A DNA stretch of 64,000 nt from positions 62,001 through 126,000 of the forward strand of contig BAAIJX010000033.1 in the NCBI GenBank assembly GCA_054600435.1, in the 5' to 3' direction. The translations under genes were made by a program, and so were the position numbers. Of the stretch, positions 21,668-34,491 are shown piece by piece; within the stretch, counting starts at the first letter, position 1, and every line of letters starts with the position of its first letter. The notes under the pieces were generated by a model. The model saw nothing but the letters and a program-made list of their open reading frames with translations, was not told the origin of the DNA and did not search any database. Source of the stretch: Neophaeotheca triangularis (Eukaryota).

Positions 21668-22086
21668 GATGGAGTGGTCCCTGGCACGACAGAGTGTGGG
21701 GGTGCTGCTGAGATGTTGCTGCGTGTTGCTCCAGCGGCAAGGCAAATGGTGTATGGGTGGTGTACTATGTTGGCTGGAGGTAGCTTTGGAGTGCTCCCAG
21801 ACGTCAGGTCAGGCCAAAGCGACAGCCGCGAACTCGCCAAGACAAGACAGCAGCCCTCAGGCAGGCCGCAGCGTCGATAGGGCTGGCTCCGTTGCCGCCT
21901 CGACTTCGTGATGCCTTCACTTCGCCCATTCCCGGCGGCCTGCTTCCGTTTCGTTTCTAGAATACACACACGTTCCTTTAATTGGTACACATTCGCAGAC
22001 AAAGGCGGCCCTCAAACTACCCATATAACGCTGTACCGCCACCCGGCCGTCCGATACGAGGGCCGTTGCGCTATTGCGACCCCATC

Positions 22087-23391
22087 ATGCACCGTCTCCC
22101 CCGAGCCTTCAGGCTGCGGCAGCAGTTCCCTCTCCTTCACCGTCAAGCGCAGAACCGTCAGCTATCGCGATCAATATGGCGACGGCAATACACCGAGGAG
22201 GTTCCACTGCGTACTCAACAGGTGCGGTTTAAACGACCAGGCTTCACGACTAAACGGCTCTTGACGTGGGGTATCTATCTTGGTGCTGTTTACGGCTTCT
22301 CTTCCTTCGTCCTGCGCCACTTGGAAATCGAAGTTGAGTTCGTTGGTGAGGATGAAATGGAGGAAGGCGCAGAAGGCGAGGAAGTGTCGGAAGAAGACAT
22401 GGTGGAAGTCGAAGTGGGCCCCGACGGCCAGGTCTACGCTGATCCAGAGTCTACCTTTATCCCCATGACTTGGGCGGTTAAGCAACCACGAACTTACTAT
22501 CGGGGCAGCGATCCGGAATGGCAGGCATTCGTGAAGGTAGCAAGGGATAAGAAGAGGTGCAAGCAAATTCAAGACGAGCTTGTGCGCGTGGTGTACACCG
22601 GTACCCAGCACCATCCGATGATCAGTAGGCAACTCGGCAGAAATACCAAAGTCGGGAAATACTGGCTGGACATTAACTTTCCAGATGGTCCGCCGCCCGA
22701 ATATGAGCGCAGCGGGATTGAGATAGGCGATGGATATGTGGCCTGGAGTGCGCAAAGAATACAGTCCGAGCAGCAGTGGCGCATTACGAGGGCTCTCTGG
22801 CCTAAAGCAGCCTTTGAAAGTTCGTATGCCACTGCAAAAGTTTTGGCGGGAATACAGTACCGTCGGTTCAAGCAGGCTATCGGGTGGGAAGGCAAGGATC
22901 CGCTTAGTCCCGAGGAGAGATTCAAGCATGCGATGGACATGATGGCGAAGCACCAAGCGGCGAAAGAGGGGGGTGCTTCACGGGTTGGCAAGCCCCAGTT
23001 GGATCCGGAAGGCACGGGGAGCAGTGGTGTAGTTGGCTCGCCGTCATCATCAACATCGGCTCCCTCCCAGAGCTCGACTGCCGAGGGTCCCAAACTACCC
23101 TACCATTTCCCGGTCCCACTGCCGCCCACCTCAGCCACATCTGAGACCGACTTGCCAATTGCGATGCACACTTTCAGTCAGTCACTCAACAAAAACTGGA
23201 ACCCGAAGAAGCAGGAGCCACCAAGGGGGTCGTTCGTTGTAGGCGGCATGGTCGAGGTGAGGGGAAGCAGAGGCAGGATGTTGTTCGATGTGCAGTCTTG
23301 CTACGATCCACAACAGAGCAAGTACGTGGTTGTCAACGCAGGCGTCAGAGGCTACAAAAAGTGGAATCAAAGTCCTAGAGGTGGGCCCTAG
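22087..23391 (+). CDS. Conserved hypothetical protein, probably mitochondrial
   Basis: Arg-rich, acid-free N-terminus MHRLPRAFRLRQQF (presequence-like), one hydrophobic segment and an acidic linker, then a globular region (FIPMTW...YRGSDPEWQAF). Confidence 0.75.
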   Translation: MHRLPRAFRLRQQFPLLHRQAQNRQLSRSIWRRQYTEEVPLRTQQVRFKRPGFTTKRLLTWGIYLGAVYGFSSFVLRHLEIEVEFVGEDEMEEGAEGEEVSEEDMVEVEVGPDGQVYADPESTFIPMTWAVKQPRTYYRGSDPEWQAFVKVARDKKRCKQIQDELVRVVYTGTQHHPMISRQLGRNTKVGKYWLDINFPDGPPPEYERSGIEIGDGYVAWSAQRIQSEQQWRITRALWPKAAFESSYATAKVLAGIQYRRFKQAIGWEGKDPLSPEERFKHAMDMMAKHQAAKEGGASRVGKPQLDPEGTGSSGVVGSPSSSTSAPSQSSTAEGPKLPYHFPVPLPPTSATSETDLPIAMHTFSQSLNKNWNPKKQEPPRGSFVVGGMVEVRGSRGRMLFDVQSCYDPQQSKYVVVNAGVRGYKKWNQSPRGGP

Positions 23392-24021
23392 GAAGAGGTC
23401 GGTAATCGTCACAGGATTTGCACTTTTGAAAACGAGCGTTATAGCGATGGTGTTGAATGGTGGATTTTATCAAGCATAAGCGTCTAGGGATGCACAGGAG
23501 CAGCATGGTGCTTTACATAAAACGCTTTCTACTTTGAACGTTCTCAAGGCTCACCTGTATAGTCTTCCTTCGAGTAGTTTTTATGTGGTATGGCTACAAA
23601 TTACCCCGTTCAGTCTATGTCGTCCGCTGCTATCCACACTACCTAACTGAGTGTGGTAAAACGGTCAATTTGATTTCTCGGGAGACGCACATCAAAGCCA
23701 GCATCGAGCTCTTGGCCTACCTTGTCGGTGATTAGCAAGAAGTGTCAAGCAAGAAGCTTCTGACTAGTGCTCACATCCTGCTGCTAGGCTGATGACAGCA
23801 TCGTGTTGCGCTGTTCTTGCTTCTTGTGCAGCGTTTGGTCTTCGCATCGCGGGTGCTCGTCGATAGAATTTCTGTCGTTTGCCACCATGTGTCACTTTCG
23901 AGGGACACGAGCGAGAATCTCGACTCGACGAAAGTAGCTGTCGATGAGTTGCAAGCTGGTAGACTAGAACAGACGAGACAAAAGGAGGGGTCTGAACCGA
24001 GAATACCACAACCGCAAAAGA

Positions 24022-24882
24022 CTATCTCTTGCTTTTCCGCTTCTTGAACACCGGAGGTTTTGCTACCGGTGCACTCTCTTCCTGCTTTACGACCTTACCA
24101 GAAGCATCAGCCTCCGGTACTTGGGCGAGCGGTTTCTCGTCGGGCTCCTCGTTTTTGATGGTTTCGGACGTGGCCTCGGTCTTTACCGCCGGGGTTGCAG
24201 GGGTGTTGCTGAAGCCACTTAGTAAGGCTTCGAGATCGTCGTCCACTTGGCCCTTTTTCTGCACTGGATAGCGCTTGAATTTGCTGCCCCAGTCCGTCTG
24301 TTGCTTCCTTTTTGACATGGACTCTTCGTCCCGGACATCCTCTTCTTCTTCCTCAACCTTGCGCTTACGCACACCCGTACTTGTGGAGCTCTCCAAGATG
24401 CCATTCTTGCTATCCTCCTCCTTCTTCACGTCACTCTCTTCGTCGTACACTGGCGTCTCGATGACTTTTTGGCTTACTACCTCCCATTCACCAACTCCAG
24501 TGACTTCCTTTGTCGTCTCCCCCGGCAGCTGAATACCCATGGCCACCAATTGCTCCATCTGCGCCCTCCTCTCAGCCGCTGTCGCCGGCCTCTCTCCTTG
24601 ACCTTTCGAACCTGGGCCACCGGAATCTGCGGCGCCCTGTATGCCACCGGCAGGCTTCTTACCGCTGACGATTCCGTTGACCCTAGCAAGCTCATCCTTT
24701 GCCCGCTGCTTGTCGCGATCCTCCTGCGTTTTGGCCTTGTGAATATCCTTCAGTGAACGTTGTATGGCATTTTGGTGCTTGGTTGACAGTTCGTGCGCTT
24801 TGCGATCGTATTTGGTATCCTTTACAAAATCGGAGCAGAACTTGCACCAGTAGCGTTCGGTCGATTTCCAGTGACTTGCCAT
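24022..24882 (-). CDS. U1-C/matrin-type zinc finger protein (WBP4/FBP21-like)
   Basis: MASHWKSTERYWCKFCSDFVKD...HELSTKHQ; C-terminal VFKKRK. Confidence 0.85.
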   Translation of the reverse strand: MASHWKSTERYWCKFCSDFVKDTKYDRKAHELSTKHQNAIQRSLKDIHKAKTQEDRDKQRAKDELARVNGIVSGKKPAGGIQGAADSGGPGSKGQGERPATAAERRAQMEQLVAMGIQLPGETTKEVTGVGEWEVVSQKVIETPVYDEESDVKKEEDSKNGILESSTSTGVRKRKVEEEEEDVRDEESMSKRKQQTDWGSKFKRYPVQKKGQVDDDLEALLSGFSNTPATPAVKTEATSETIKNEEPDEKPLAQVPEADASGKVVKQEESAPVAKPPVFKKRKSKR

Positions 24883-25276
24883 GTTTGCTGTCGAGGTTGG
24901 AAGGACCCTATGAACAAAAAGTTGAGAGTTGGAGTTACCTACTAGGAGGTAGTACCTCGAAAGACATGCGCGGGACTTGATTGAGTGTACCGCCCTAGCG
25001 GGTGACTGCCGATGCCGTTCAGCTTTGACCGCACCTTAATTGAAGCTGCTCCCACTTTATGTGCAGTGCAACTCCGAAGGAAAGCACGACGCGTGAAACC
25101 TCCGCGTTGGCCGCATCTTGACATTAATTGACTTGCGACGGCCATAAAGCACTCTTCGATCGTCGACACGACCTACTCTTTGCCCTCTTCTACCCGCTAC
25201 TCACTGTTTACTGCCCCTCACCGCGATACTCTAGGAACTCTGGATCCAGCGCGCGAAGCATGATAGCGCGCGCAAG

Positions 25277-28200
25277 ATGCGCTTCACCAAGCCGCTTTGG
25301 CTAACGCATGGCGGGGAGAAGAAGGAGCATGAGGTTTACAGCTGCCACATATCTCCCGACGGCAGCAGACTTGTCACTGCTGCTGGCGATGGTCACGTTC
25401 GGATATGGTCGACTGAAGCGATCCTGAATGCTTCCGACCCCTCTTACACCAAACCCAAGCAGCTTGCGTCCTTGGCCTATCACTCGGGAACGATACACAG
25501 CGTGCGATTTAGCGGGAACGGGAAGTATCTGGCTTCTGGCGCCGACGATAAACTGGTGTGCGTGTACAATCTCGACCCCAACCCGGTCGCACATGGAACG
25601 TTTGGGAGCAATGAGGCTCCTCCGGCAGAAAATTGGAGGGTGTTCAGGCGGCTAAATGGGCACGACAATGACGTGCAAGATCTTGGCTGGAGTGCAGACA
25701 GTAGCATCTTGGTGTCGGTGGGGTTGGATAGCAAGGTCGTGGTCTGGTCTGGTCACTCCTTCGAAAGACTCAAAACGCTCTCTCAGCACCAAAGCCATGT
25801 CAAAGGCATCACCTTCGATCCTGCCAACAAATACTTTGCTACGGCTTCCGATGATCGTAGCATCAAAATCTACCGCTTCACCTCTCCCCCGCCGAACGCA
25901 ACGGCCTACGACCAAACGAGCAATTTCACCCTCGAAACGTCGGTGACCGCGCCTTTCAGCACGAGTCCGCTTACCACTTACTTTAGACGCTGCTCGTGGT
26001 CGCCCGAGGGCGCGCATATCGCTGCTGCAAACGCAGTCAATGGGCCCGTCAGCTCTGTTGCTATCGTCAATAGAGGTAGCTGGGACTCCGAGATCAACTT
26101 AATAGGCCACGAAGGACCAGTTGAGGTTTGCGCGTTCTCGCCGAGATTGTTCTGCAGAGATCCTCCGCCCCCGGTCCAGGAAGGCAAGGAGTACGTGAGT
26201 CCACCTGCGGTCACGGTTGTTGCATGCGCTGGTCAGGACAAGACGTTGAGTGTTTGGAACACGAGCCACCCAAGACCGTTTGTCACCACGAGCGAGCTTT
26301 GTGCAAAACCCATCAGCGATCTTACCTGGAGTCCCGATGGCGAATCCCTCTTCTTCACGAGTCTCGACGGTACAATCGCCGGAGTGGTCTTCGAGAAGGG
26401 AGAGCTGGGATATCCTGCACTGGTTGAGGATAATGACAAGGCGCTTGCAAAATTTGGCGCTGGCCGCAGACTAGGGGTCGTCGAAGGCACCGAGGCACTG
26501 AGGTTGGAAGAGGGTGCACGAGCTGACGAGCTGAAAAACGTGGAAGGGAGAATGGGTGATCTGATGGGAGATGATGAGACCCGGTCAGCTGCGTTGACTA
26601 ATGGCGATACACATGCGAATGGCACTTCCCCAGCCCCTCCAGCGGCCAACAATGCTCCAGAGCCCCCGCCTGCACCAAAAGACCCGCAGACTGACAAAGT
26701 CGAGAAACTGAAGCAACGTGTTACAATAACAAAAGATGGAAAAAAGAGGATAGCACCTTTATTGCTGTCTTCCTCGAATGTAGGGGAGGCGAACTTGCCA
26801 AGGCCGCAGCTGCAAGCTGGGTTGAAAGCCAGCGCGGGTAGTGACGAGCCTGCCAAAATCCTTGACGCAAGCAAACCGTACGACGGGCTACCCAAGGGAG
26901 GTCTTGCGGGCTTACTATTAGGCAACAAACGCAAATTCGCGGAGGTTGAAGGCGACGACGAAGAGAAGGCTGGTGAGCGGAGGGTGAGGGCTGTTCAGCG
27001 CACCGGTGCCATCCCAATCGTCGCCAACACTGAGAACGGCCTTGTGCCCGCCGGAGCCAGCAATACTTCCAAGAAAGGGTCCGAGATACCGGAGGCGCTC
27101 CGGCCCGCAATTGTCAACCCTTCCCTCACGGTGTCTCAAATTCGACTTGCTGTACCTCTTGTAAGAAGTATGATTACCCGTCCACTGGAAGTAAGCAGAG
27201 CAGTAGACAACCACGAAAACCTAGGAGCTACCTCTGAAAGTACAGAGGATGAAGGTCAGGTCATGTTTGAAGTCAAGAACCCGACGGGCCCTGCACGCAC
27301 TGGGCGATCCCTGGATCGCGAACCGACGCGCATTACATTATCACGTCGGAATCAAATCTTGTGGCAAGACTATCTGCCACGGGCTGTCTTACTAGTCACC
27401 GGGAACACCAACTTCTGGTCGGCTGCCTGTGAGGACGGCTCATTGTACGTGTGGACCCCGGCTGGTCGTCGCCTTCTCAACGCCTCCGTATTAGAAGCAC
27501 AGCCAGTCATACTCGAATCTCGAGGGACGTGGCTGCTGGCCGTCACCGCCGTCGGGCAGGTTTACGTATGGAACCTTGAAAACATGAGTGCGCCGCATCC
27601 GCCTGCAAGCCTTGCGCCTGTGCTCGATGCTGCATCCGCCACTCAGCAAGGTCACTTGACTCTTTCGCCAAGCTTGATGTTCGCGCGTCTGAACAGCCAA
27701 GGCAAGGTCATCGTGGGGATGAGCAACGGCGACGGCTTCGTGTACAACCCTAGCATGTTTGTCTGGCAGCGACTGAGCGAAAGCTGGTGGGCAGTCGGCA
27801 GTCAGTACTGGAACACACTTGACACCAGTATTCCATCTGTCTCCGGTCCTACGGGCAAGAGGCTTACCAAGAAGCCATCCACAGACGACCCGCTGGACCA
27901 ACTGAAGCCGGAAAATGTCTCTGCGGGCCTCATTCCTCTACTGGAGCGCAACACCACGTCCCAATCCCTACTAAAAGGCCGCGCATACTTCCTACAGAGG
28001 CTTGTCAAATCATTGCTTTCAGCCGAGGGCTACGAAGGTTTCGAGTCGGCAGTGTCAGTTGCCCATCTCGAAAACCGAGTCGCGGCGGCCTGGACGCTGG
28101 GCGCACACGAAGAGTTCAGAGTCTATTTGCTTATGTATGCCAAGCGCATCGGCTCGGAGGGGTTGAAGGGCAAGGTGGAAGAGCTATTGCGCGGCTTGGT

Positions 28201-28435
28201 AGGCAATATCTACGAGGTCAACGAAAATGGGGACAGTGGCAACAACACTGGTGCGAGCTTCTGGGGCAGTGATGAAGACATTGTTGGCTGGGATCGAGAT
28301 GGGCTGTTGAAGGAGGTTGTAATGGTTCTGGGCAAGCATCGGGACCTACAGAGGGTCACTGTGCCTTATGCGCGGCATTTCGGGGTATTGGGAGATGTCT
28401 CGGCCGACCGGCATATGGATGGAATGGAGGACTAA
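25277..28435 (+). CDS. HIR1: Histone chaperone HIRA/Hir1
   Basis: N-terminal WD40 repeats (EVYSCHISPDGSRLVTAAGDG), B-domain QRVTITKDGKKRIAPLL, C-terminal Hira domain (SVAHLENRV). Confidence 0.97.
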   Translation: MRFTKPLWLTHGGEKKEHEVYSCHISPDGSRLVTAAGDGHVRIWSTEAILNASDPSYTKPKQLASLAYHSGTIHSVRFSGNGKYLASGADDKLVCVYNLDPNPVAHGTFGSNEAPPAENWRVFRRLNGHDNDVQDLGWSADSSILVSVGLDSKVVVWSGHSFERLKTLSQHQSHVKGITFDPANKYFATASDDRSIKIYRFTSPPPNATAYDQTSNFTLETSVTAPFSTSPLTTYFRRCSWSPEGAHIAAANAVNGPVSSVAIVNRGSWDSEINLIGHEGPVEVCAFSPRLFCRDPPPPVQEGKEYVSPPAVTVVACAGQDKTLSVWNTSHPRPFVTTSELCAKPISDLTWSPDGESLFFTSLDGTIAGVVFEKGELGYPALVEDNDKALAKFGAGRRLGVVEGTEALRLEEGARADELKNVEGRMGDLMGDDETRSAALTNGDTHANGTSPAPPAANNAPEPPPAPKDPQTDKVEKLKQRVTITKDGKKRIAPLLLSSSNVGEANLPRPQLQAGLKASAGSDEPAKILDASKPYDGLPKGGLAGLLLGNKRKFAEVEGDDEEKAGERRVRAVQRTGAIPIVANTENGLVPAGASNTSKKGSEIPEALRPAIVNPSLTVSQIRLAVPLVRSMITRPLEVSRAVDNHENLGATSESTEDEGQVMFEVKNPTGPARTGRSLDREPTRITLSRRNQILWQDYLPRAVLLVTGNTNFWSAACEDGSLYVWTPAGRRLLNASVLEAQPVILESRGTWLLAVTAVGQVYVWNLENMSAPHPPASLAPVLDAASATQQGHLTLSPSLMFARLNSQGKVIVGMSNGDGFVYNPSMFVWQRLSESWWAVGSQYWNTLDTSIPSVSGPTGKRLTKKPSTDDPLDQLKPENVSAGLIPLLERNTTSQSLLKGRAYFLQRLVKSLLSAEGYEGFESAVSVAHLENRVAAAWTLGAHEEFRVYLLMYAKRIGSEGLKGKVEELLRGLVGNIYEVNENGDSGNNTGASFWGSDEDIVGWDRDGLLKEVVMVLGKHRDLQRVTVPYARHFGVLGDVSADRHMDGMED

Positions 28436-29603
28436 TCTGTAATCCCATTTGAAAGCATCAATCAAGGACTCGGTCGAAGCACTGTCGCACAGGTGCGCGG
28501 ACATTGCTTCGATACCAGGCGTTGTAATGCATTCTTCAAGTTAACGGCCGGGCAGAGAAAGCGACCGCTATATGGCGCGAAAGTACATGGGCAGCCTGAA
28601 GCCGCACCAAGCCTGGAATCAAGTCCCGCTCGCTGTTGTAGCCACCGGCTCTGATTAATTTCCCCTGCGTTATCAGAAGACAGCTCCTAGTAACAAACTA
28701 GCCAGCTCTTGTCCATGTGAGATGCTTCTCGCAGAACAATCAAACGACAGCACTCGATCAGCTGCCAGGCGAAGGCGCTGCGTACGCTGGAAACTATATA
28801 TACAGCGAAGTTGACATGTCGAGGCGAAGATTTACGATCGTACCTGTACCAGGAATGTTGCAAACCGAGATGCTTGGAGTTTGAGCAATAACAGCTCACC
28901 TGCATCAAGGTCTGAGGTCGTAGGCTTCTTGGAGGGTGGTATAACTCCTGGCTCATCATCGTCAACGGCAGACCCAAATAAAGGAAGCTTGACAGCTTGT
29001 CGCGAGTGAGCGACGAGCTGTTGGTAGCGGTTGGGAAGACTTTGGCCGAAACGGACGATCAATTCAAGTACTTGAGCTCAGAGAACCTCCAACCTCCATC
29101 CCCCCCCCCTTATTTCCATGGAAGAACACCCGAGAACGTGTCAGCCCAAGACCGGAACACAAACCTCGAAAACGATGCAAAATCTTCGCCACAAACAAAT
29201 AAACCCCCAAGACCATCTCGGAAAAAAGAGCAGAAAGAAGCTGGATTTGCTTTTGCAAAGTGTATAGAGCTGGGATATGAATCGCAGTCTTATCTATAAC
29301 TTGAGAATCTAAGGGGGGTCAGCAAAAGGGATAAGTCTTTAGTTACCAGCCATTAGACTATTGTAATATCAGGTTTGTAAGGTTCTCATTCCCGTAACGT
29401 GGTTGGCGACGGGGTAAATATGTAGTCTAGAGACTTTTTTGCCAAGGGACATCACCTGTGACTTTCATTGGTGATCTTTGGACCGCAGCTTTTTCACTCT
29501 TACCCTTTAGCCTCACGCGGGCATCCTTGAGATTGCCGGGGCCCGAATTTCCCTTCAGCCAGGACGTAGAGCGGTGGAAAGAAAGATCGCAACTTCAACA
29601 AAG

Positions 29604-29670
29604 TACTTACCTACCCACCTACCCACCTACCCACCTACCCACTCACGTGCCTACCTACTTACCTACCTAT
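29604..29670. repeat. (ACCT/ACCC)n tetranucleotide microsatellite
   Basis: tacttacctacccacctacccacctacccacctacccactcacgtgcctacctacttacctacctat. Confidence 0.8.
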
Positions 29671-29816
29671 ACTAGAAAAGATTGTAGCCCGACATCAACT
29701 GGGAGTGGTGATTAACATACAACAGGCACTCTCCCGAGAATTGTTCATTGATACAGGGGTAGCTACGTATTTACCCAGTCCTCAATTTACGCTCTCGGCC
29801 TGTGTCAGGCTTAACA

Positions 29817-31373
29817 TCAACGCTTCGCCGGGTTCTCGATCTCGACAGGGCCGGTGCAGTTGAAGCCGATAGTAGGCTCTTCAACAGCTTCACACAAATA
29901 CCTGTCGACAGGAGCGCCTGTGTCACGTTCAACGAGATCTATGTCCTTGATGGTGATGCCGTAGCAGGGGGACGCTGCGCTGCATTGTAGACTGGCGACG
30001 GCAGATGTTATGTTGGCGCCTGTGGAAATGTGAGCTCACGCAATATAATCGCATAGTTACTGAATAACAAACCTTGAGACAGGAGGAAGTCATCTACCTC
30101 GTAGGGTGCCGTTGTCCCGCTGACATTCTGGAAAGTGATGTCGCGGAGGTTGAAAGGCGAGGTGTCGCAGTTACCAGTGCCACCGTTGTACGAGGTGCAC
30201 TGCGTAGAAACCAGTGGGTTGGCTACACCGTCAAGCTTGAAATTTTCAAAGGTCAAGTTCGCTGCGTAACCAGAGCCATCCCCGCCGCCGTTTGGAGGTA
30301 CGCCGTTGACCACGCCCGTCCAGGTCTTAAGGTAGGCCGCGTAGCGAGTATTGTGGAAGGTGATGTTACGGGCTGTGATATTTTCGATGTACTCAAATCT
30401 GTCCTCGAATTGCCCGATGCTGCCAATAGCAACGCCGAGTCCGTTGTAGAATTCGCTGTCTTCGAAGAGGATGTTGGTTGAGTTTGCCTTGCTTGACATG
30501 CTATCGTCGCCACTGTCAACTATCCAGCGACGGAGTGTAATGTTGTTTGCGTAGATGGAATCGAATCCTATGCCTTGCGTTAGCTACTTTACCACAGGGG
30601 GCCACAATTTGAATGTCTCTGACCATCAGTGTTCAAAACCGAGTTGTTGTTGAAAGACGTCGTGTTGACGTAGATGTCTTCCAGCAGTACGTTGTTCGCA
30701 TGTATGACCGTCATGGTCCACATCTGAGACTGAACAAAGCGCATGCCCTCGATAAAGGAGTCATATATTCCAGTCCAAGTGATCTGGTGTGGGCGGCCGG
30801 GATAGTTGCTCTCTCCCTGGATGTTGAGGTCAGCAAAGCTACGCGGCGAGGAGAATAAAGTCTTCTTACGTTGACAAAGTCCGTCCACACCTGGCCGTTG
30901 CCATCAAAGGTGCCGTGGCCGAAACCATTGACGTGGACGTTGCTCCCTCCGAAGCGCCAGGCGGTAGATTGGTTCTGGTAACCCATGGGAAGAGAGTTAT
31001 TGAGCCAGTAGTCGATATCCTTGCTCCAGATCAAGGTGCCATGGACCTCGACTTCGCAGTTCTCGAGGCCAGTGGTCTCCATGACTCGGTCGACATGATA
31101 GGTCTCATTCTTGAAGATGACCTTGCCATTCTTGCCGCACTTCTGGAATGCTTCAATGATAGCTGGGGACGAGTCGCCTCCGTTTGGCATGGACGGCACT
31201 ACGCAGACATTGTTCTGATGGCCATGGTGCTGGGCTTCCCAGCCTCCCCAGCGGTGACCCCACGGTCCAGTAGGGCGACAGTCCTCGCCTTGGTGATGAT
31301 GATTGGCAGGAGGGCCGTGAGCCGAGACGGAAGCAACCAAGGCTGTCAATGTTGCGGCTGATCGAAAGAACAT
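29817..31373 (-). CDS. Secreted GH28 exo-acting pectin hydrolase (exo-rhamnogalacturonase/RgxB-like); introns 30817-30869, 30568-30623, 30020-30072
   Basis: Signal peptide. The spliced product has NTDGFD and GDD catalytic motifs, GLGVAIGSIGQ (no His, as in Rgx-type enzymes) and YLKTW. The last exon ANITSAVASLQCSAASPC ends at TGA 29817. Confidence 0.88.
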
Positions 31374-33005
31374 GGTGAAAAACGGTCTTCGCGAGGAAAT
31401 GTTGTTACAGAGGCGCTTACGATCTTACACTCGAGGCATGTCAAGCTTGCCTTTTAAAGCCTCGAACGAGGTCATGTCGGTCTCCATCGGCGTTTGAAAA
31501 CAGCAAATGGTGGATATGTATCCCGCCGATCGCTTGCCTTGCTCGGGTTTTCGTCGTCTGTGTTCAGCAGGCTCCGCAATAATAAGCGTGGGAAAACGAG
31601 GGATGCGATGTTATTGTTCACTGCGGGGTTTTCTTCCTTGTCCGACTCCACAACTCCACGTCTTCTTCAGCCTCGACCGTACTGGGGAAAAGATAAAAAG
31701 GTCACAATAATATTTTCGTCTTCACTACCTCCTATAGCGGGTTGTTGATGATATCTTTTCCAACGGCATTTCAAAAATGCCCGAGATCAGACGTCCGTCG
31801 CCTCCGGGAGCGGAGAAGGACCGCGGGAGAGTCGGCCACCCGCCTTCAATTCACTCACGTTGTGATGTAAATTCGCTGGACATCGGCAGGTGGCCCATGT
31901 GGAGCAAATTGGGGCTCCCGGCAAGAGGCTCGGTACCTCTCACTCATCATCGTTTCGACGTTTGCCTTCGGATGTACACAGTACACCTGCCCCCATTTAC
32001 AATGGATGAGGGACCGACTTCGGCTCCGTCGGATGAAAACGATGGCTGCATAGCAACACCTTGAATAAAGTTCGTTACTACGATCGAGCGTGGGAAAAGA
32101 AATCGAGGATTGCACATAGAAGTGTCAAGAAAGGTAAGGTAAGTAGGTATCACCGCCCAAGGTGAGGTCCATTCAAAAGTCGCCCAGGTCTTGGCGCACA
32201 ATTGGCGTCCCTTCGCCAACTCTTCGCTTTGCTTGTTACGCCAGCTCAGCCATTCCTGCGAGCACGAGTCTGTGGAAGAAGGTCCCAAAAGTATCAAACG
32301 AATACGGACGCACAACTTGGCTCCTCTGGTAACAGGTAGCTTCAATCACGACGTTGCGACGTGGTCAGATACCATCAGTGAGAACATGCGAAACGAACGC
32401 ATTGGCACGGCGGCCTAAGACTTCTAAACAACAGAACGACTGGGCAGGGCACACGTATTGGAACCACCACCAGTAGAATTGTTCCTGAAAAGTGTGGTTT
32501 GTCGGTGCTGTGAACTTAAGTGGGACGTGGGAATGACCTGTCAGCTCGACTACTCTAGATGCTCGAGCTACTGTAGGTAGGAATGTTGGTCCACTGCTCT
32601 TCACTCAAGCACCCAGCATACTCTTGCCATGTGCATCCTGGGTTTTAGCGCAGATGACGGATAATGGTAGGTAGCTCACGCACTGAGAAACGACCTCGGG
32701 CACGCTTCATGAGGAAACCGGGTAGTTAAGCCTGCCTTTATGGCGTCGGCAACCTGCTGCGCCCTTACTTACGTTGGTGCAGACAGTCCAGAAAAGATCA
32801 CTCTACCGGTAGTTATGGCTGTATCTGAGCTGCATCCTCGTATCACCAGAAGAGCTACCTCCATAGGTATCACTGCTTTTCCGGCTCGCCGCAACTCCTC
32901 TTGCGCCGACACCATGCACGCTTTTCCCATCTCATTCTCTGTTCACTCCAATCAGATCAAAGAACCGTCTTGGTATCTGGCAGGAAGATCCTCGTAAAGG
33001 GAGCG

Positions 33006-34109
33006 CTACTCCTCAATGGTCTTCACACACTCCCAGCCCCCCTTCATCTTCTCCTTCCACAAGCTAACCCTGTTATCACCGGCGCTGACAGCGAGCACAT
33101 TGCCGGCCATGCTCCAGCTGACCCTCCAGACGACCACCTCAAAATCCAACGTTTCGCACTTCCAGCTACCAGCGTCTGCCATGTCGGCGCCGGATGCGCA
33201 TGTCCATATCCGTACTGTTCGATCTTGGCTGGCAGAGGCGATGTACGATTTGCTCAGCGGCGTTGGCGACCATGCCACATCACGCACCCAGTCTGTATGG
33301 CCTGAAAGGGTGCACATGTTGTCGTAGCTCTGCGAGCCCGAGTTGTACGACCATAGCTTGACTTGGTTGTCGCTGCCTCCGGTCGCAAACGTTCTTTGAG
33401 GCGCTTGTTGCGACCCTGTCTGTTGTGTGCTAGTGAGCTGGCCAGGCATGAGACTCGGAGCCCAGCTCACACCGTTGACACCCATGCCGTGTGCCGGAAA
33501 GATTGTGTTCTGGAAAGAGTTGTTCTCGAAGGTGATGACAGAGACGGAGCCGTCAGAGGAAGCGGCTGCGAGATGACAGCCAGGCTCAGGGGGCGACCAG
33601 GCGACAAGGTTGACTGAGGCAGTATGCAGGGTGAATTCGTAAATGCGCTGCCATTGGTTGTTTTGCTCACGCCAGATCAAGATACGGCCGTCGTAGCTAG
33701 ACGATGCGAGGATGGTGCCATAGCGGGGATGAGCCCACGAGACGCACCAGACTGCACCTTCGTGTCTGCAAGAGGTCAGTATAGGGTACGTTGGTGAAGA
33801 GAGCGCGCAGGACCAACCCTTTGAGCGTCTCCGTAAGACGGTGCTCGGTGCCCTCGATCTCGAAGATCTTTATCGTCTTGTCGGAGGAGCATGTTGCCAA
33901 TCTCTTGCCGTAATAGTCGAGGACTGCATCGTGCTGTCCTGGGTGTTAGCTGGTCGTGCGGTCTTGTCCAGGGGCCTTTCTGGGGGTTGGGAAAGTGATG
34001 GCATACGATCATGTCATCGTGACCCGAGTTTGAGATTACTTGCGCCTGTGAGAGGATCAGTTCCGTTGCGCACAAGTACTTGCTTCGGTATGCTTTCACC
34101 ACTCACCAT
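33006..34109 (-). CDS. SEC13: COPII/nucleoporin/SEA subunit Sec13; introns 34046-34106, 33934-34006, 33766-33817
   Basis: The spliced product reads [38 protein letters not shown]...KGHEGAVW, followed by WD repeats ([13 protein letters not shown]). The first coding exon is ATG only. Confidence 0.97.
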
Positions 34110-34491
34110 GTTGCCGTAGCCTCATCAATCAACAAGTCGCAATTGAAGTTCAGCTTGCTGGCTTCACAAGCTCCAGGGCCAGTAGTCAGTACCTCTACCT
34201 CCTACTAGCCTCAGCGGCCCACAGCTGTCAACAACACCCGGCTGACCTGCCGTTTGCGACCCGGAGCGGCGTTTTAACGTATCTGTCACGTGCGGCGGCA
34301 AATCACACCTAACATACATACCTCGGCATGAGGTCAAAGACCGACAGATGGATGGGTCAGCTTCCAGACTTCTACCTTTGGTAAAACTATCCTTCCCTTC
34401 TTGACTCTTTCTACTTACTTATCATCATCATCTGCGTTCCTTTCACTCGTTATTTCTTTCCTTCTAGCGTTCTCCCAGGCTTCTGGACGAC

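Noticed and set aside
31900..32620. Minus-strand frame containing FYWWWFQY
   Set aside because: Multiple stops and no family assignment possible by eye.
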